A stretch of DNA of 64,000 bases, from the NCBI GenBank assembly GCA_007695055.1, contig REEM01000100.1, positions 12,270 to 76,269 on the forward strand, in the 5' to 3' direction. Within the stretch, counting starts at the first letter, position 1; each line of letters opens with the position of its first letter. Source of the stretch: Spirochaetaceae bacterium. Lineage in GTDB: Bacteria > Spirochaetota > Spirochaetia > DSM-27196 > SLAA01. Both the position numbers and the translations under genes were made by a program. The notes below the pieces were generated by a model that was given only the letters and a program-made list of their open reading frames with translations, was not told the DNA's origin and did no database searches. Below, one piece after another: positions 34,576 through 44,044 of the stretch.

Positions 34576-35781
34576 GTGAGCACATCCACTATTCATGACT
34601 TAATAGCTCGACTCAAAAAACTCTCATTTGAGGACATGTACAATAACGACTTCTTGCTGACCTGGCAAAAAAGCAAGGACGAACTCAATGCAGTCTTAAC
34701 CGTAGCCGAAATTCTGCGTCACATGCGCTCGGCCAATATCTCTCCACGGGTCTTTGACTCTGGTTTGGCGGTCTCTTTGTTCCGCGACAACTCAACACGT
34801 ACCCGCTTCAGCTACGCAAGCGCTGCCAATCTTCTTGGGCTTGCGGTACAGGATCTGGACGAAGGCAAGTCGCAGATCGCGCATGGTGAAACAGTGCGTG
34901 AAACTGCGGTCATGATCTCGTTTCTGTCTGAGATCATTGGAATTCGTGACGATATGTACCTTGGCGCAGGGCATGAGTACATGGTCGAGGTCGGCGAGGC
35001 CTTAACAGATGCACACAACGAAGGCCTGCTTGAGCGGCGCCCAAGTATTGTGAATCTGCAGTGCGACCGAGACCACCCGACGCAATCAATGGCAGATCTC
35101 CAGCATCTCATTAACGAGTTCGGCGGGGTCAAGAAACTCAAAGGCAAGAAAATTGCCATGACCTGGGCCTACTCTCCCTCCTACGGCAAACCACTCTCGG
35201 TGCCGCAAGGCATTATCGGACTTTTTACCCGCTTTGGAATGGATGTACACTTGGCATACCCGGAGGGTTACGGCCTTATACCTGAGATAGAGGAAGAGGC
35301 GGCAAAGTCGGCGGCAAAGTCAGGTGGTAGCTTTACCAAGGGCAACTCAATGGACGAAGCATTCAAGGATGCCGACATCGTTTATCCCAAGAGCTGGGCC
35401 CCCTTTGCAGTAATGCAACAGCGAACCGAGTTGCTCTCCAACCGAGACACAAAGGGGCTGGGAGAACTGGAGAAAGAGTGTCTGGAAGAGAACAAGAAAC
35501 ACCTCGACTGGGAATGTACCGAAGACAAAATGAAACTGACCAAAGGTGGAGATGCACGATACATGCACTGTCTGCCCGCCGACATTTCGGGAGTGAGCTG
35601 CACCCAGGGTGAGGTTGCCGCCTCGGTCTTCGAGCGCAAGCGCGCCGCCACCTATCGTGAGGCCGGATACAAGCCGTATATTATCGCCGCCATGATGATG
35701 CTCGGGAAGGTTCAGAAACCCCACAAGTTGCTCGAACGAATGCTTAAGCAGGAAGGACCTCGCTGTCACGGTAAGGGATAA
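34576..35781 (+). CDS. ygeW: YgeW-type knotted carbamoyltransferase
   Basis: Near-colinear with E. coli YgeW as I recall it: DFLLTWQKSKDEL, SLFRDNSTRTRFSYASAANLLGL, DEGKSQIAHGETVRETA, IGIRDDMYLGAG, NLQCDRDHPTQSMADL and MHCLPADISG. The GTG start at 34576 has ACGGAG upstream. Confidence 0.9.
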   Translation: MSTSTIHDLIARLKKLSFEDMYNNDFLLTWQKSKDELNAVLTVAEILRHMRSANISPRVFDSGLAVSLFRDNSTRTRFSYASAANLLGLAVQDLDEGKSQIAHGETVRETAVMISFLSEIIGIRDDMYLGAGHEYMVEVGEALTDAHNEGLLERRPSIVNLQCDRDHPTQSMADLQHLINEFGGVKKLKGKKIAMTWAYSPSYGKPLSVPQGIIGLFTRFGMDVHLAYPEGYGLIPEIEEEAAKSAAKSGGSFTKGNSMDEAFKDADIVYPKSWAPFAVMQQRTELLSNRDTKGLGELEKECLEENKKHLDWECTEDKMKLTKGGDARYMHCLPADISGVSCTQGEVAASVFERKRAATYREAGYKPYIIAAMMMLGKVQKPHKLLERMLKQEGPRCHGKG

Positions 35782-35837
35782 ACTCGGAGGCAATGCCAGA
35801 CTAATTTTCAGAGAAGTCAAAACGGAGGTCGCCACAT

Positions 35838-36044
35838 ATGCGAAAGATCAAACTCGTTGTTGTACTGTTGCTGAGTTTTGCACTCGTCATGGTCGTTGCT
35901 CAGAACACCGCGCCTATAGAGGCGCGGTTTCTCTGGTTGGCAGCGGAAATCCCTGCAATACTCCTTTTGTTCCTGACAGCTGTTGGTGGCTTTGTCGTTG
36001 GAATTCTGACCTCACTGCTTGTCGGTCGGACCCGCCACAAATAG
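35838..36044 (+). CDS. Small LapA/DUF1049-like inner-membrane protein
   Basis: 68 aa with two TM helices and a basic C-terminus (GRTRHK). Confidence 0.45.
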   Translation: MRKIKLVVVLLLSFALVMVVAQNTAPIEARFLWLAAEIPAILLLFLTAVGGFVVGILTSLLVGRTRHK

Positions 36045-36052
36045 TTGCGCTT

Positions 36053-37396
36053 TCACTTCATGTGTTCGTACACCTGCACAGAGAACTCTCCATGGTCTTG
36101 TACAAAGAAACCCCGGATCTCCAGGTTGTAGGTGCCTGAGTATGAGGGAGAAAACCGCAGTCGAGAGTCAGTTCCTTCACCACCGTCGTCATCCTCCGCA
36201 ATATAGGTTCCGTCAGGACCGTAAAGGGTGAGCACAGTGTCAAAAACCGAGGAGCCAACCTCAATCGTGAAGGTACTCCCTTCCCGCAGCGGTATTCCAA
36301 AGCTCACAGGCTCACCAATGTAGACTCCAGTTGCACGGAATATTGACTGTAGTAGTGGAGGCTCTGCAAGCGTGAGCGTATAGATCCCCCGCGCCTCACC
36401 AAATCCAAAACTACGCGCCGTTAGGTAATACACCCCTTCCACCGGTGCGGTCATGGTTAAAAGGGCATTGAGATCACCCCCGCTGTCATCATCACTCCAG
36501 TAGCTCCCATCCTCCCCATGGAGTTCAAGATAGCTATCAAAGTCGTCCGACTCCATGAGAACCTCTAGCCTCTCGCCAGCCCTTAATCGGAGTTGGAATT
36601 TGTGTTCGTTTTGATTTAGTTCAAACCTGTACTCCCCGGGTTTCTCTAAGAGCATATCGGGTTGGTATACGCCGATCCCGGGAGGTATAGCGAGTGCTTC
36701 TGCCGTCAAGGTGTAGGCACCGGTACTGCCAGAGCTGAAGCTGGTAACCCCAATGAGAATCTGCGTTCCAGGAAGTCCGTGTACCCGCAGGGCGGAATCG
36801 GTACTGTCGCCATAGTCGTCATTGTAGTCCTGTGTTCCATCTGGGTAGTACACCACCAACACCGTGTCAAAATCGCGGCTCTGGAGTTGCAGAAAGGCCC
36901 GTCCCGACTCCGGAAACACATAGCTGTACCAGTTCACAAAGGTCTCGGAACGAAAGAGAGGGGCATCAGTGGTCAAAATTTGATTCTGTGGCTGGCCAGC
37001 CCGCAGTTCCGCGGCGGGAGTGACTATGTCTGCCATGAGAAGGTAGTGACCGTGGCCATCTGCCCTTTCTCCGCTGACGGGGAATTCCAGGGGTGCAGAG
37101 ACACTTATGGTATATTGACCGGGCTCCAATACGTAAGCGCTAATGGTGGCCGTCCTGGGGCTATACTCACCTTGATAGGATCTTCCATCCGGGCCGACTA
37201 AGAGCAGACGGGGTGAGAAACTCAAACTCACGGCCTCGATACTCAGGAGTCCCGCAGCCGGAATTACAAGCTGGTAACTCGAGTCCTGGGTACTATGCTC
37301 CAATGCAGCATTACTCCAAAGAAGTCGCTCGGTCGCGTTCAGTGAAACGCCCACCAGAGCAATGAAAAACACTATCAGTGACACCCGTATTTTCAT
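36053..37396 (-). CDS. Secreted protein with 3-4 tandem PPC (pre-peptidase C-terminal)-like domains
   Basis: Signal peptide MKIRVSLIVFFIALVGVSL. Recurrent ~95-aa modules each end in patterns such as FDTVLVVYYPDGTQDYNDDYGDSTDS..GAYTLT, DSYLELHGEDGSYWSDDDSGGDLN..GIYTLT and FDTVLTLYGPDGTYIAEDDDGGEGTDS..GEFSVQV. Confidence 0.6.
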   Translation of the reverse strand: MKIRVSLIVFFIALVGVSLNATERLLWSNAALEHSTQDSSYQLVIPAAGLLSIEAVSLSFSPRLLLVGPDGRSYQGEYSPRTATISAYVLEPGQYTISVSAPLEFPVSGERADGHGHYLLMADIVTPAAELRAGQPQNQILTTDAPLFRSETFVNWYSYVFPESGRAFLQLQSRDFDTVLVVYYPDGTQDYNDDYGDSTDSALRVHGLPGTQILIGVTSFSSGSTGAYTLTAEALAIPPGIGVYQPDMLLEKPGEYRFELNQNEHKFQLRLRAGERLEVLMESDDFDSYLELHGEDGSYWSDDDSGGDLNALLTMTAPVEGVYYLTARSFGFGEARGIYTLTLAEPPLLQSIFRATGVYIGEPVSFGIPLREGSTFTIEVGSSVFDTVLTLYGPDGTYIAEDDDGGEGTDSRLRFSPSYSGTYNLEIRGFFVQDHGEFSVQVYEHMK

Positions 37397-37519
37397 CTTC
37401 TCACCTCCCTCCTCGTCTCACCACTGAGATTATAGACCAAGACTCCGTACAATACATAGCAAATAGCGACAAAGACGTGGGCATTGACAGCACCCCGCAC
37501 GCACGGTACACATGCTGCA

Positions 37520-38815
37520 ATGAGTTCCGAAATGTACGATGTTGTTGTGGTTGGTGCTGGCCCGGCGGGTCTTATGGCCGCCGGAGCTGCTGGGGCGGCC
37601 GGGGCACGTGTGCTCCTGCTTGAAAAGAACCGTGGGCCGGGGCGCAAACTTCTGATTAGCGGCGGAGGCCGTTGCAACTTCACCAATGCTGAGACCGACA
37701 TGCACCGTCTCATTTCCCGCTACGACACCGCCGGAAAGGCACTGTTCAGCCCCTTTGCCCGAATGGGCCCGACACAGGTGCTTGAGTTTTTTGCCTCCAG
37801 GGGAATGCCGTACAAGACCGAGGACAATAACCGCGCTTTCCCACGCAGCGACAAGAGCAGCTCAGTGCTTCAGGTGCTCTTGGACTACATAGAAGAGGGG
37901 CGTGTGACGCTCCGCACCCAAACAACTGTGAAAGCTCTCCGCACCGACTCGGGGCGAGTCCAAGGGGTAGAACTCCAGGACGGTAGTATCGATGTAGGGA
38001 GTGTTGTAGTTTCCACTGGTGGCTTAGCCAGGCCGGATACAGGGTCCACCGGTGACGGCTTTTCCTGGCTTGAGCAGCTTGGACACAGCATTGTACGGCC
38101 GGAACCCTCGTTGGTGCCGGTAGTGGTTGAAGAAGACTGGGTAACGGATTTGCAGGGGTTGGCCTTTGCGGAGTTACGCATTTCACTGCGGCTCGGAGAA
38201 AAAACCATAAGCAAGACAGACGGCAAGGTGCTGTTTACCCATTTTGGGCTCAGTGGGCCGGGTATTCTCAATCTGGCTACTCGCATATCACAAGCAGCAG
38301 CCGAGGCTCGCAAGCAAGGACAGCCAGCACCCACTATAAGTCTTAACTTCTTCCCCACTCTGGACGGTGGCTCGTTAGACCGACAACTTCAAGATGAGCT
38401 GAGTGCATATCCAAGGCGACTGCTGAGAACCATTCTTGAGTCCATGCTTCCGCCACGGCTCGCCCGCTGTATTCTTGCAGAGGCAGGTGTCTCTACCGGA
38501 CTCAGCGGCGAGATAACGGCAAGTGAGGTGCCCAAACAACTGAGAAAGCGCATCGTCTCGCTCATGCAAGACTTCCGCCTAACATACCGCGAGCTGCAGT
38601 CCGAGGACTGGGCCGTAGTCTCTAGTGGAGGAGTCCCTGCCAACGAGGTCGATTTCCGCAGCATGGAGTCAAAGATGATTGCTGGCCTCTTTGTCTGCGG
38701 CGACATGCTCAACATTAACCGACCATCTGGCGGATATAGTCTCCAGATTTGCTGGGCAACCGGCTATGTCGCCGGACTATCCTCCGCAGAGGCAGCAAGG
38801 TTCCAACATGGCTGA
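37520..38815 (+). CDS. HI0933/BaiN-family FAD-dependent oxidoreductase
   Basis: YDVVVVGAGPAGLMAA (dinucleotide fold) and GGGRCNFTN. The family is about 430 aa. The start is ATG 37520 or 37532. Confidence 0.8.
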   Translation: MSSEMYDVVVVGAGPAGLMAAGAAGAAGARVLLLEKNRGPGRKLLISGGGRCNFTNAETDMHRLISRYDTAGKALFSPFARMGPTQVLEFFASRGMPYKTEDNNRAFPRSDKSSSVLQVLLDYIEEGRVTLRTQTTVKALRTDSGRVQGVELQDGSIDVGSVVVSTGGLARPDTGSTGDGFSWLEQLGHSIVRPEPSLVPVVVEEDWVTDLQGLAFAELRISLRLGEKTISKTDGKVLFTHFGLSGPGILNLATRISQAAAEARKQGQPAPTISLNFFPTLDGGSLDRQLQDELSAYPRRLLRTILESMLPPRLARCILAEAGVSTGLSGEITASEVPKQLRKRIVSLMQDFRLTYRELQSEDWAVVSSGGVPANEVDFRSMESKMIAGLFVCGDMLNINRPSGGYSLQICWATGYVAGLSSAEAARFQHG

Positions 38816-40058
38816 ACAAACAAAACCAAGCCCCAGAGAAAGAAGAGCCGCGGCCCGCTCTTACCGCCAACTCCGCAAGCACCTCAACAGGCTGCCTATA
38901 GCTTTCCCCCGCACAATCTTGGGCGCTGAACTTCGTATCCTACGCCGTCTTTTTTCTCCGGAAGAAGCACAGTTGGCCCTTGCCATGGACCACCTACCGC
39001 GCACTTCCCATGAGATTACGACCCGACTCGGCGCCATAACCAGCTGCACAATTGCGAAGAACACCCGGAACCCAGATGCGATTGAGCTCCAACTGCGCGA
39101 CATGGCTGCCAAGGGTGCAATCCTACGCCGAGCTGTGGACTCCACTCGCGGAAATGGTTCCGACATCCTCAGTCCTGACGACACCTTTGCACTGCTACCC
39201 TTTATCGTAGGCATGTTTGAGTTCCAAGCCGAGCGACTCACACCAGAGTTTGTGAAGGACAGCACCGACTACATGAAGCAGGGCTTTGCCTTTGAGTACC
39301 TCACCACCGCCAAACCACAAACTCGAATCATTCCAGTTAACCGCGCCCTCCCACAGACCAACAAGATTGCAGCGTATGACGAGTTCGAACAACTGATACG
39401 CGCGGCCGAGGGGCGCATTGCAGTTGCTCGATGCATCTGTCGTGTAACCGCAGATATGAACGGCAAACCATGTAGCCACACCGAACGTCGCGAGCTATGC
39501 CTGGCACTCAACGACTTTGCTGATACCGCGGTGCGAGAGGGCTGGGGACGAGCACTCACAGTAAGCGAGGCCCTTGAGTGTGCACACCAGAGTCTTGGTG
39601 AAGGGCTGGTACTGCAAACATCGAACGAGCTTAATCCGCACTTTATCTGCGCCTGCTGTGGTGATTGCTGCGGGCTACTGGCCATGCTCAAGGCGGTACC
39701 CAACCCTATTGAACACACCGCAACGAATTACCAGGTGGAGCTCATTGCCAATACCTGCATCGCGTGTGGACTGTGCGTGAAGAAGTGCCCTATGGACGCC
39801 CTGCACCTGCGTACCACAGGCGGCGGTACCTCCACCTTGGTTATTACCCAGGAGCGCTGCATTGGGTGTGGTGTATGTACCGTTGTATGTCCAGTCGCCG
39901 CAGTTCAACTTGTACCGCGGGAGACCGAGGTCGTACCACCAAGCAACGGTGAGGAACTGCACCGAGAAATAGCCCAAACCCGGCCAAATATGACCCGCAA
40001 GGTAAGGCTTGTGCGCCAAGTTCTGTTCAAGAAGTTATTTCGCAGACGTTTGGGTTAA
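38808..40058 (+). CDS. 4Fe-4S dicluster protein with Cys-rich middle region and N-terminal helical domain
   Basis: CIACGLCVKKCPMDA and CIGCGVCTVVCPVAA form the dicluster, with additional CICRV...C and CACCGDCCG motifs. ATG 38808 overlaps the flavoprotein stop by 8 nt. Confidence 0.65.
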   Translation: MAEQTKPSPRERRAAARSYRQLRKHLNRLPIAFPRTILGAELRILRRLFSPEEAQLALAMDHLPRTSHEITTRLGAITSCTIAKNTRNPDAIELQLRDMAAKGAILRRAVDSTRGNGSDILSPDDTFALLPFIVGMFEFQAERLTPEFVKDSTDYMKQGFAFEYLTTAKPQTRIIPVNRALPQTNKIAAYDEFEQLIRAAEGRIAVARCICRVTADMNGKPCSHTERRELCLALNDFADTAVREGWGRALTVSEALECAHQSLGEGLVLQTSNELNPHFICACCGDCCGLLAMLKAVPNPIEHTATNYQVELIANTCIACGLCVKKCPMDALHLRTTGGGTSTLVITQERCIGCGVCTVVCPVAAVQLVPRETEVVPPSNGEELHREIAQTRPNMTRKVRLVRQVLFKKLFRRRLG

Positions 40059-40330
40059 GCCTTTAGATCCTGATACTCGCTGTGCTTCTCTAAATAGGTT
40101 GTAATGTAGGAGCAGGAGGCTTCTACTGTGAAGCCGTTCTCACGAGCGTACTCAAGCCCATACTTAGCAAGTTTCCCAGCAATTCCCTGCCCGCGAAGTT
40201 CGTCCGGCACGTAGGTGTGGGTGAATTTCATCACCTTCGCTTTTTTTGTGTAGCGAAGTTCCGCCGTGTTTTCCTCAATCTGAATGACAAATCTCTTAGC
40301 GTCAGGGCGATGTTCAATTTTCATGGCCAC
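40055..40330 (-). CDS. Small GNAT-like acetyltransferase (YjdJ/Acetyltransf_CG type)
   Basis: 91 aa. ...FTHTYVPDELRGQGIAGKLAKYGLEYARENGFTVEASCSYI is the typical single-domain GNAT-like pattern. Confidence 0.65.
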   Translation of the reverse strand: MAMKIEHRPDAKRFVIQIEENTAELRYTKKAKVMKFTHTYVPDELRGQGIAGKLAKYGLEYARENGFTVEASCSYITTYLEKHSEYQDLKA

Positions 40331-40385
40331 AGAGTACTGTACATTCTGCGTAGCGGCAACTCAAAGAACACCTAAGATGTGTGGT

Positions 40386-41441
40386 TTATGGGGCGGCCAG
40401 AAAGCGGAGCAGCCCTTTATAGAGCCCTGGCCGTTTTTCATGCGGCTCGGTGAAGATACTGTGACGTGCCTCGGGATAGTGCAAATACTCCAGCTCAGTA
40501 AAGGAGCGCTGCAAAAAGGCGGTGTTGTACTCGGCGTCCACAACCGTGTCGCGACCGGCTTGTACAAGGAGCAACGGAAGCGTGTGCGCCTCAATCTCCC
40601 GGCGCCGCTCCTCCCACAAAAGGTAAGCCTCGGCCCATTCGAGCGAGGCCTCGTAAATCCCCAAAGGATCGAACTCACGCGCAAACTGCATGTACTCTTC
40701 GTTGGAACTGCTTCCAGAGATGCGCCGAGGTAGGGTGTCGACCACTCCGGAGGTCAAGCGAACCCCAAGTCGGGCAAGTGGAAAGGCGAACAACCGAATG
40801 AGTGGCGCAAGAAAGACCAGTGCTTCGATTTCGGCACCCCCCTGCTCCAGGTACTCCAGCAGCGCCGTTGCACCGGTGCTATGACCAAGCCCGCAGAGCG
40901 ATGTAGTTGAGGCGACTCCCGGCACCCGGCCAGCCCGGATCTCAGCAATAAGGCGCTGCAACACCGCTGCATACTCGGCAAAGTCGCCTATGGTCCCCCG
41001 GCCGCCACCGGACAGGCCGTGGCCGGGCAGGTCAACTGCGCAGACAACGAATCCTGCTCTGAGCAGCTCCTCGACTACGGAGCGGTTGAGACCAAGGTGG
41101 TCGAGATAGCCGTGGAGAAGTAGGACGGTTTGCAAGGTAGATGTGGTCGAAACGGCTGGAACAAAGGTCTGCACCGCCACATGCTCGGTGCGACCTCCAT
41201 ATGAGTGTGCAAGCGCGCCAAGATAGCGTTGTTGGGCTGTGTCGCCAAGGAGGTAGTGCCGGTAGTAAGCATGCGCGGAAGGGGAAACAGCGCTGCTGTT
41301 CGTATGTGCCGCCGTCTGCCATGCTTGATCAAGGGACGGTAAGGAGCGGCGCAGTTCGTCCGCCGCCATTCTGGTTAAGCCAGAGGTAGCTGCACGAGCA
41401 GCCGCGCCCGCAAAAGGCATGCGTGACGGTGAAGGGGTCAT
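40386..41441 (-). CDS. Alpha/beta hydrolase (lysophospholipase/monoacylglycerol-lipase-like)
   Basis: HG oxyanion motif LLLHGYLDH and nucleophile elbow GHSTG. The ATGA overlap with the aminotransferase stop suggests coupling. Confidence 0.7.
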   Translation of the reverse strand: MTPSPSRMPFAGAAARAATSGLTRMAADELRRSLPSLDQAWQTAAHTNSSAVSPSAHAYYRHYLLGDTAQQRYLGALAHSYGGRTEHVAVQTFVPAVSTTSTLQTVLLLHGYLDHLGLNRSVVEELLRAGFVVCAVDLPGHGLSGGGRGTIGDFAEYAAVLQRLIAEIRAGRVPGVASTTSLCGLGHSTGATALLEYLEQGGAEIEALVFLAPLIRLFAFPLARLGVRLTSGVVDTLPRRISGSSSNEEYMQFAREFDPLGIYEASLEWAEAYLLWEERRREIEAHTLPLLLVQAGRDTVVDAEYNTAFLQRSFTELEYLHYPEARHSIFTEPHEKRPGLYKGLLRFLAAP

Positions 41442-42688
41442 GAGGGAGCGCCAGCGACTCCCAGCTCTCGCATAACCTCGGTCAATACGGTGATCATTTC
41501 TTCTATATGGGATTCCTCAATAATCAGCGGAGGCACGAGCCGCACCACCGTTGGTGCTGGAGCATTGAGCAAGAGGCCGCGTTCAAAGCACCTGTGAACC
41601 AAGTCCGGCCCCTTGGGCTCTGGCAGATCAAAGGCAATCAACAGACCGTTACCGCGAATCTTGCTGAGACCAAACTCAGCTACCAGCTTGCTTAGCCGTT
41701 GTTGAACCAGTGCACCCATGTGCTCGGCATTTTGTACCAGGTTGCGTTCCTTCAGAGTCCGGAGCACCGCAAGGCCGACCGCCATCGCAAGCGGCTGCCC
41801 GGTATAGGTGCCGCCTTGCTCACCCTTGTCAAAAAGGTTCAGTTCCTCTGTACACAGCATGGCAGCCAAGGGAAAGCCGCCGCCAATATTCTTTCCGAGC
41901 GTGAGAATGTCAGGCTTGATATCGTAATGTTCAAAGGCAAACATCCGCCCTGTTCTTCCCATACCTGTCTGTATTTCGTCAAAGATGAGCAAGGTATCGG
42001 TCTCGCTACAGCGGCTACGCACGCGCTCAATGAAGTCCTGAGTCGCAGGATAGACCCCTGCCTCTCCCTGTATCGGTTCGAGCAGTACGGCGCAGGTTTC
42101 ATCCCCAATGGCCTTCTCAAACGCTGTCGCGTCGTTAAAGGGTAGATGCCGGAAGCCGGGTACCTTAGGCTCAAAAAGTGGCCGAAAGGCCGCCTTGCCG
42201 CTTGCGGACATGGTGGCAAGGGTACGTCCATGGAATCCGTGCTCGGCGCAGAGAATCTCGTAGGCGCCACCTTTACAGACCTTGCCATACTTGCGGGCAA
42301 GCTTAATTGCTGACTCGTTGGCCTCCGCCCCGGATGAGCAGAAAAAGACCCGCGAGAGTCCGGCTTCAGCGGTAATTGCAGTCGCAAACTCGATCATTGG
42401 CACGTTGTAGAACGCGGGGCTTGCGTTGAGCAGCTTTCCGGCTTGCAGGGACAATGCCTCAGCAAGCTCTACCGGCGAGTGTCCAAGACCGGTAACAGCC
42501 CAGCCCCCGACAAAGTCCAGGTAGCGTTTGCCAGAGCTATCTTCCAAATACATGCCTGAGCCACTCTGCATGACTGCGGGCTCGCGATCGGTAACAAAAA
42601 GGAGCGACCGCTCGGCCGCCTCAAGGAGCTGTTGTGTATTCACCCGCTTATAGTAGCGCGGGGAGCACCGTCGGGACAAGCGCGCCAT
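41438..42688 (-). CDS. Class-III (ArgD/GabT-like) PLP aminotransferase
   Basis: SGAEANESAIKLARKY and DEIQTGMGRTGRMFAFEHYDIKPDILTLGKNIGGGFP (PLP-Lys). An alternative GTG start lies at 42643. Confidence 0.85.
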   Translation of the reverse strand: MARLSRRCSPRYYKRVNTQQLLEAAERSLLFVTDREPAVMQSGSGMYLEDSSGKRYLDFVGGWAVTGLGHSPVELAEALSLQAGKLLNASPAFYNVPMIEFATAITAEAGLSRVFFCSSGAEANESAIKLARKYGKVCKGGAYEILCAEHGFHGRTLATMSASGKAAFRPLFEPKVPGFRHLPFNDATAFEKAIGDETCAVLLEPIQGEAGVYPATQDFIERVRSRCSETDTLLIFDEIQTGMGRTGRMFAFEHYDIKPDILTLGKNIGGGFPLAAMLCTEELNLFDKGEQGGTYTGQPLAMAVGLAVLRTLKERNLVQNAEHMGALVQQRLSKLVAEFGLSKIRGNGLLIAFDLPEPKGPDLVHRCFERGLLLNAPAPTVVRLVPPLIIEESHIEEMITVLTEVMRELGVAGAPS

Positions 42689-42727
42689 GACCCACTCTCG
42701 GCGTTTTCCATCCCGGTACGAGCTATC

Positions 42728-44002
42728 TCAGGTGCGCTCCCAAGCGGCCGGGTACAGGCCTTCGCTGAGTATGCGCCGGTAGTGATCCGGGTCGGTGTCG
42801 CCCTCGGTGCTGACAACCAGCACCTGGGATTCTGGCCCCAGGCCAAGCGCCTGCCAGACTGCCTCGGCCTTGGCGGCTGCCTCGGCGCCTCCGTTCTGCC
42901 GCGCGTGGGCCAAGGCAAGCACTATGCCCAGTCCAGCTACCGCCGACTCACCCGCAACCAATGCTTCATCTCCCCCGCGCGGCTGCGCAAGGACCCGCAT
43001 GGCCGCGGCCGACACCGAGTCAGCAACCGCAAAGTACAGGTCAGCATGATCGCGCAGAATGGGCCACGCCAGTCGGTTCGGTTCGCCACACGCCAGGCCT
43101 GCCATGATCGAGTCCAGTTCACCGCCTATGTCATGCGGCTCACCGTCGGAGATCCGGACCGACTCGTAGTAACAGGCGGCCGCCGCTGGCTCAACCACCG
43201 CGACACAGGGCCGCTTGTCACGATATCGCTCGGCAATTGCTGCAGCGGCTCCGCCCGCAAAACTCCCCACCCCGGCCTGAAGAAACGCGACATCCGGATG
43301 CTGAACGCCAGCAGCATCTAACTGATCTGCTACCTCATCCAGCACCACGGCATAACCTTGCATGATCCAGAGCGGGATATCCTGGTACCCTTCCCAGGAG
43401 GTGTCCTGCACAATAACCCCACCATGCTTTTCCATGTATGCGCGCGCGACTCGAATAGTTTCGTCGTAGTTGCCCTCGGTGACATGCACCTCGGCGCCTT
43501 CTTTTTCTATGTTGGCAACGCGGTGCGGCGAGGAGCCCTTTGGCATAAACACCACCGCGCGGTGCCCAAGCTCGCGTGCCGACCAGGCAACCGCGCGGCC
43601 GTGATTACCGTCGGTAGCGGTGACAAAGTTGACCGTCCCGAGCTCCGATCGTGCGTCCGGCGCATTCAACCGCGCAAAACTGAGCTCCTCGGGGGCAATT
43701 CCCAGCCGGTCGCCAAGGTAACGTGCTACCGCGTAGGCACCGCCGAGCACCTTAAAGGAGTTCAGATTAAAGCGCTTTGACTCATCCTTGATCCAGATGC
43801 CACCAAGCCCCAACTCGGCGGCCAGAGCGGGCAGCTGAACCAAGGGCGTTTCCTGGTATTGAGGAAAGGTGCGGTGGAAGTTCCGAACCATGGTCAGTGT
43901 CTCGCGGGAGAACTCCTTCGTAGCCGCCACCGGCCCTGCGCCGACTACGCCGACTCCGCCCCGCTGAACGTATACAATTTCATCTCGTGCTGCTGCGCTC
44001 AT
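42728..44002 (-). CDS. dpaL: Diaminopropionate ammonia-lyase (YgeX)
   Basis: IWIKDESKRFNLNSFKVLGGAYAV (PLP-Lys), TATDGNHGRAVAW, IMAGLACGEPN and STEGDTDPDHY are colinear with E. coli YgeX as I recall it. Confidence 0.88.
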   Translation of the reverse strand: MSAAARDEIVYVQRGGVGVVGAGPVAATKEFSRETLTMVRNFHRTFPQYQETPLVQLPALAAELGLGGIWIKDESKRFNLNSFKVLGGAYAVARYLGDRLGIAPEELSFARLNAPDARSELGTVNFVTATDGNHGRAVAWSARELGHRAVVFMPKGSSPHRVANIEKEGAEVHVTEGNYDETIRVARAYMEKHGGVIVQDTSWEGYQDIPLWIMQGYAVVLDEVADQLDAAGVQHPDVAFLQAGVGSFAGGAAAAIAERYRDKRPCVAVVEPAAAACYYESVRISDGEPHDIGGELDSIMAGLACGEPNRLAWPILRDHADLYFAVADSVSAAAMRVLAQPRGGDEALVAGESAVAGLGIVLALAHARQNGGAEAAAKAEAVWQALGLGPESQVLVVSTEGDTDPDHYRRILSEGLYPAAWERT

Positions 44003-44044
44003 GTGTTTCCCTCCTGGAGAGCCCTCACGGGCCTTATGTTTCGT

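Noticed and set aside
40055-40058. Convergent Fe-S and GNAT genes sharing a TTAA in which both stop codons overlap
   Set aside because: It is real but trivial, a consequence of tight packing. It is mentioned only in the flavoprotein finding.
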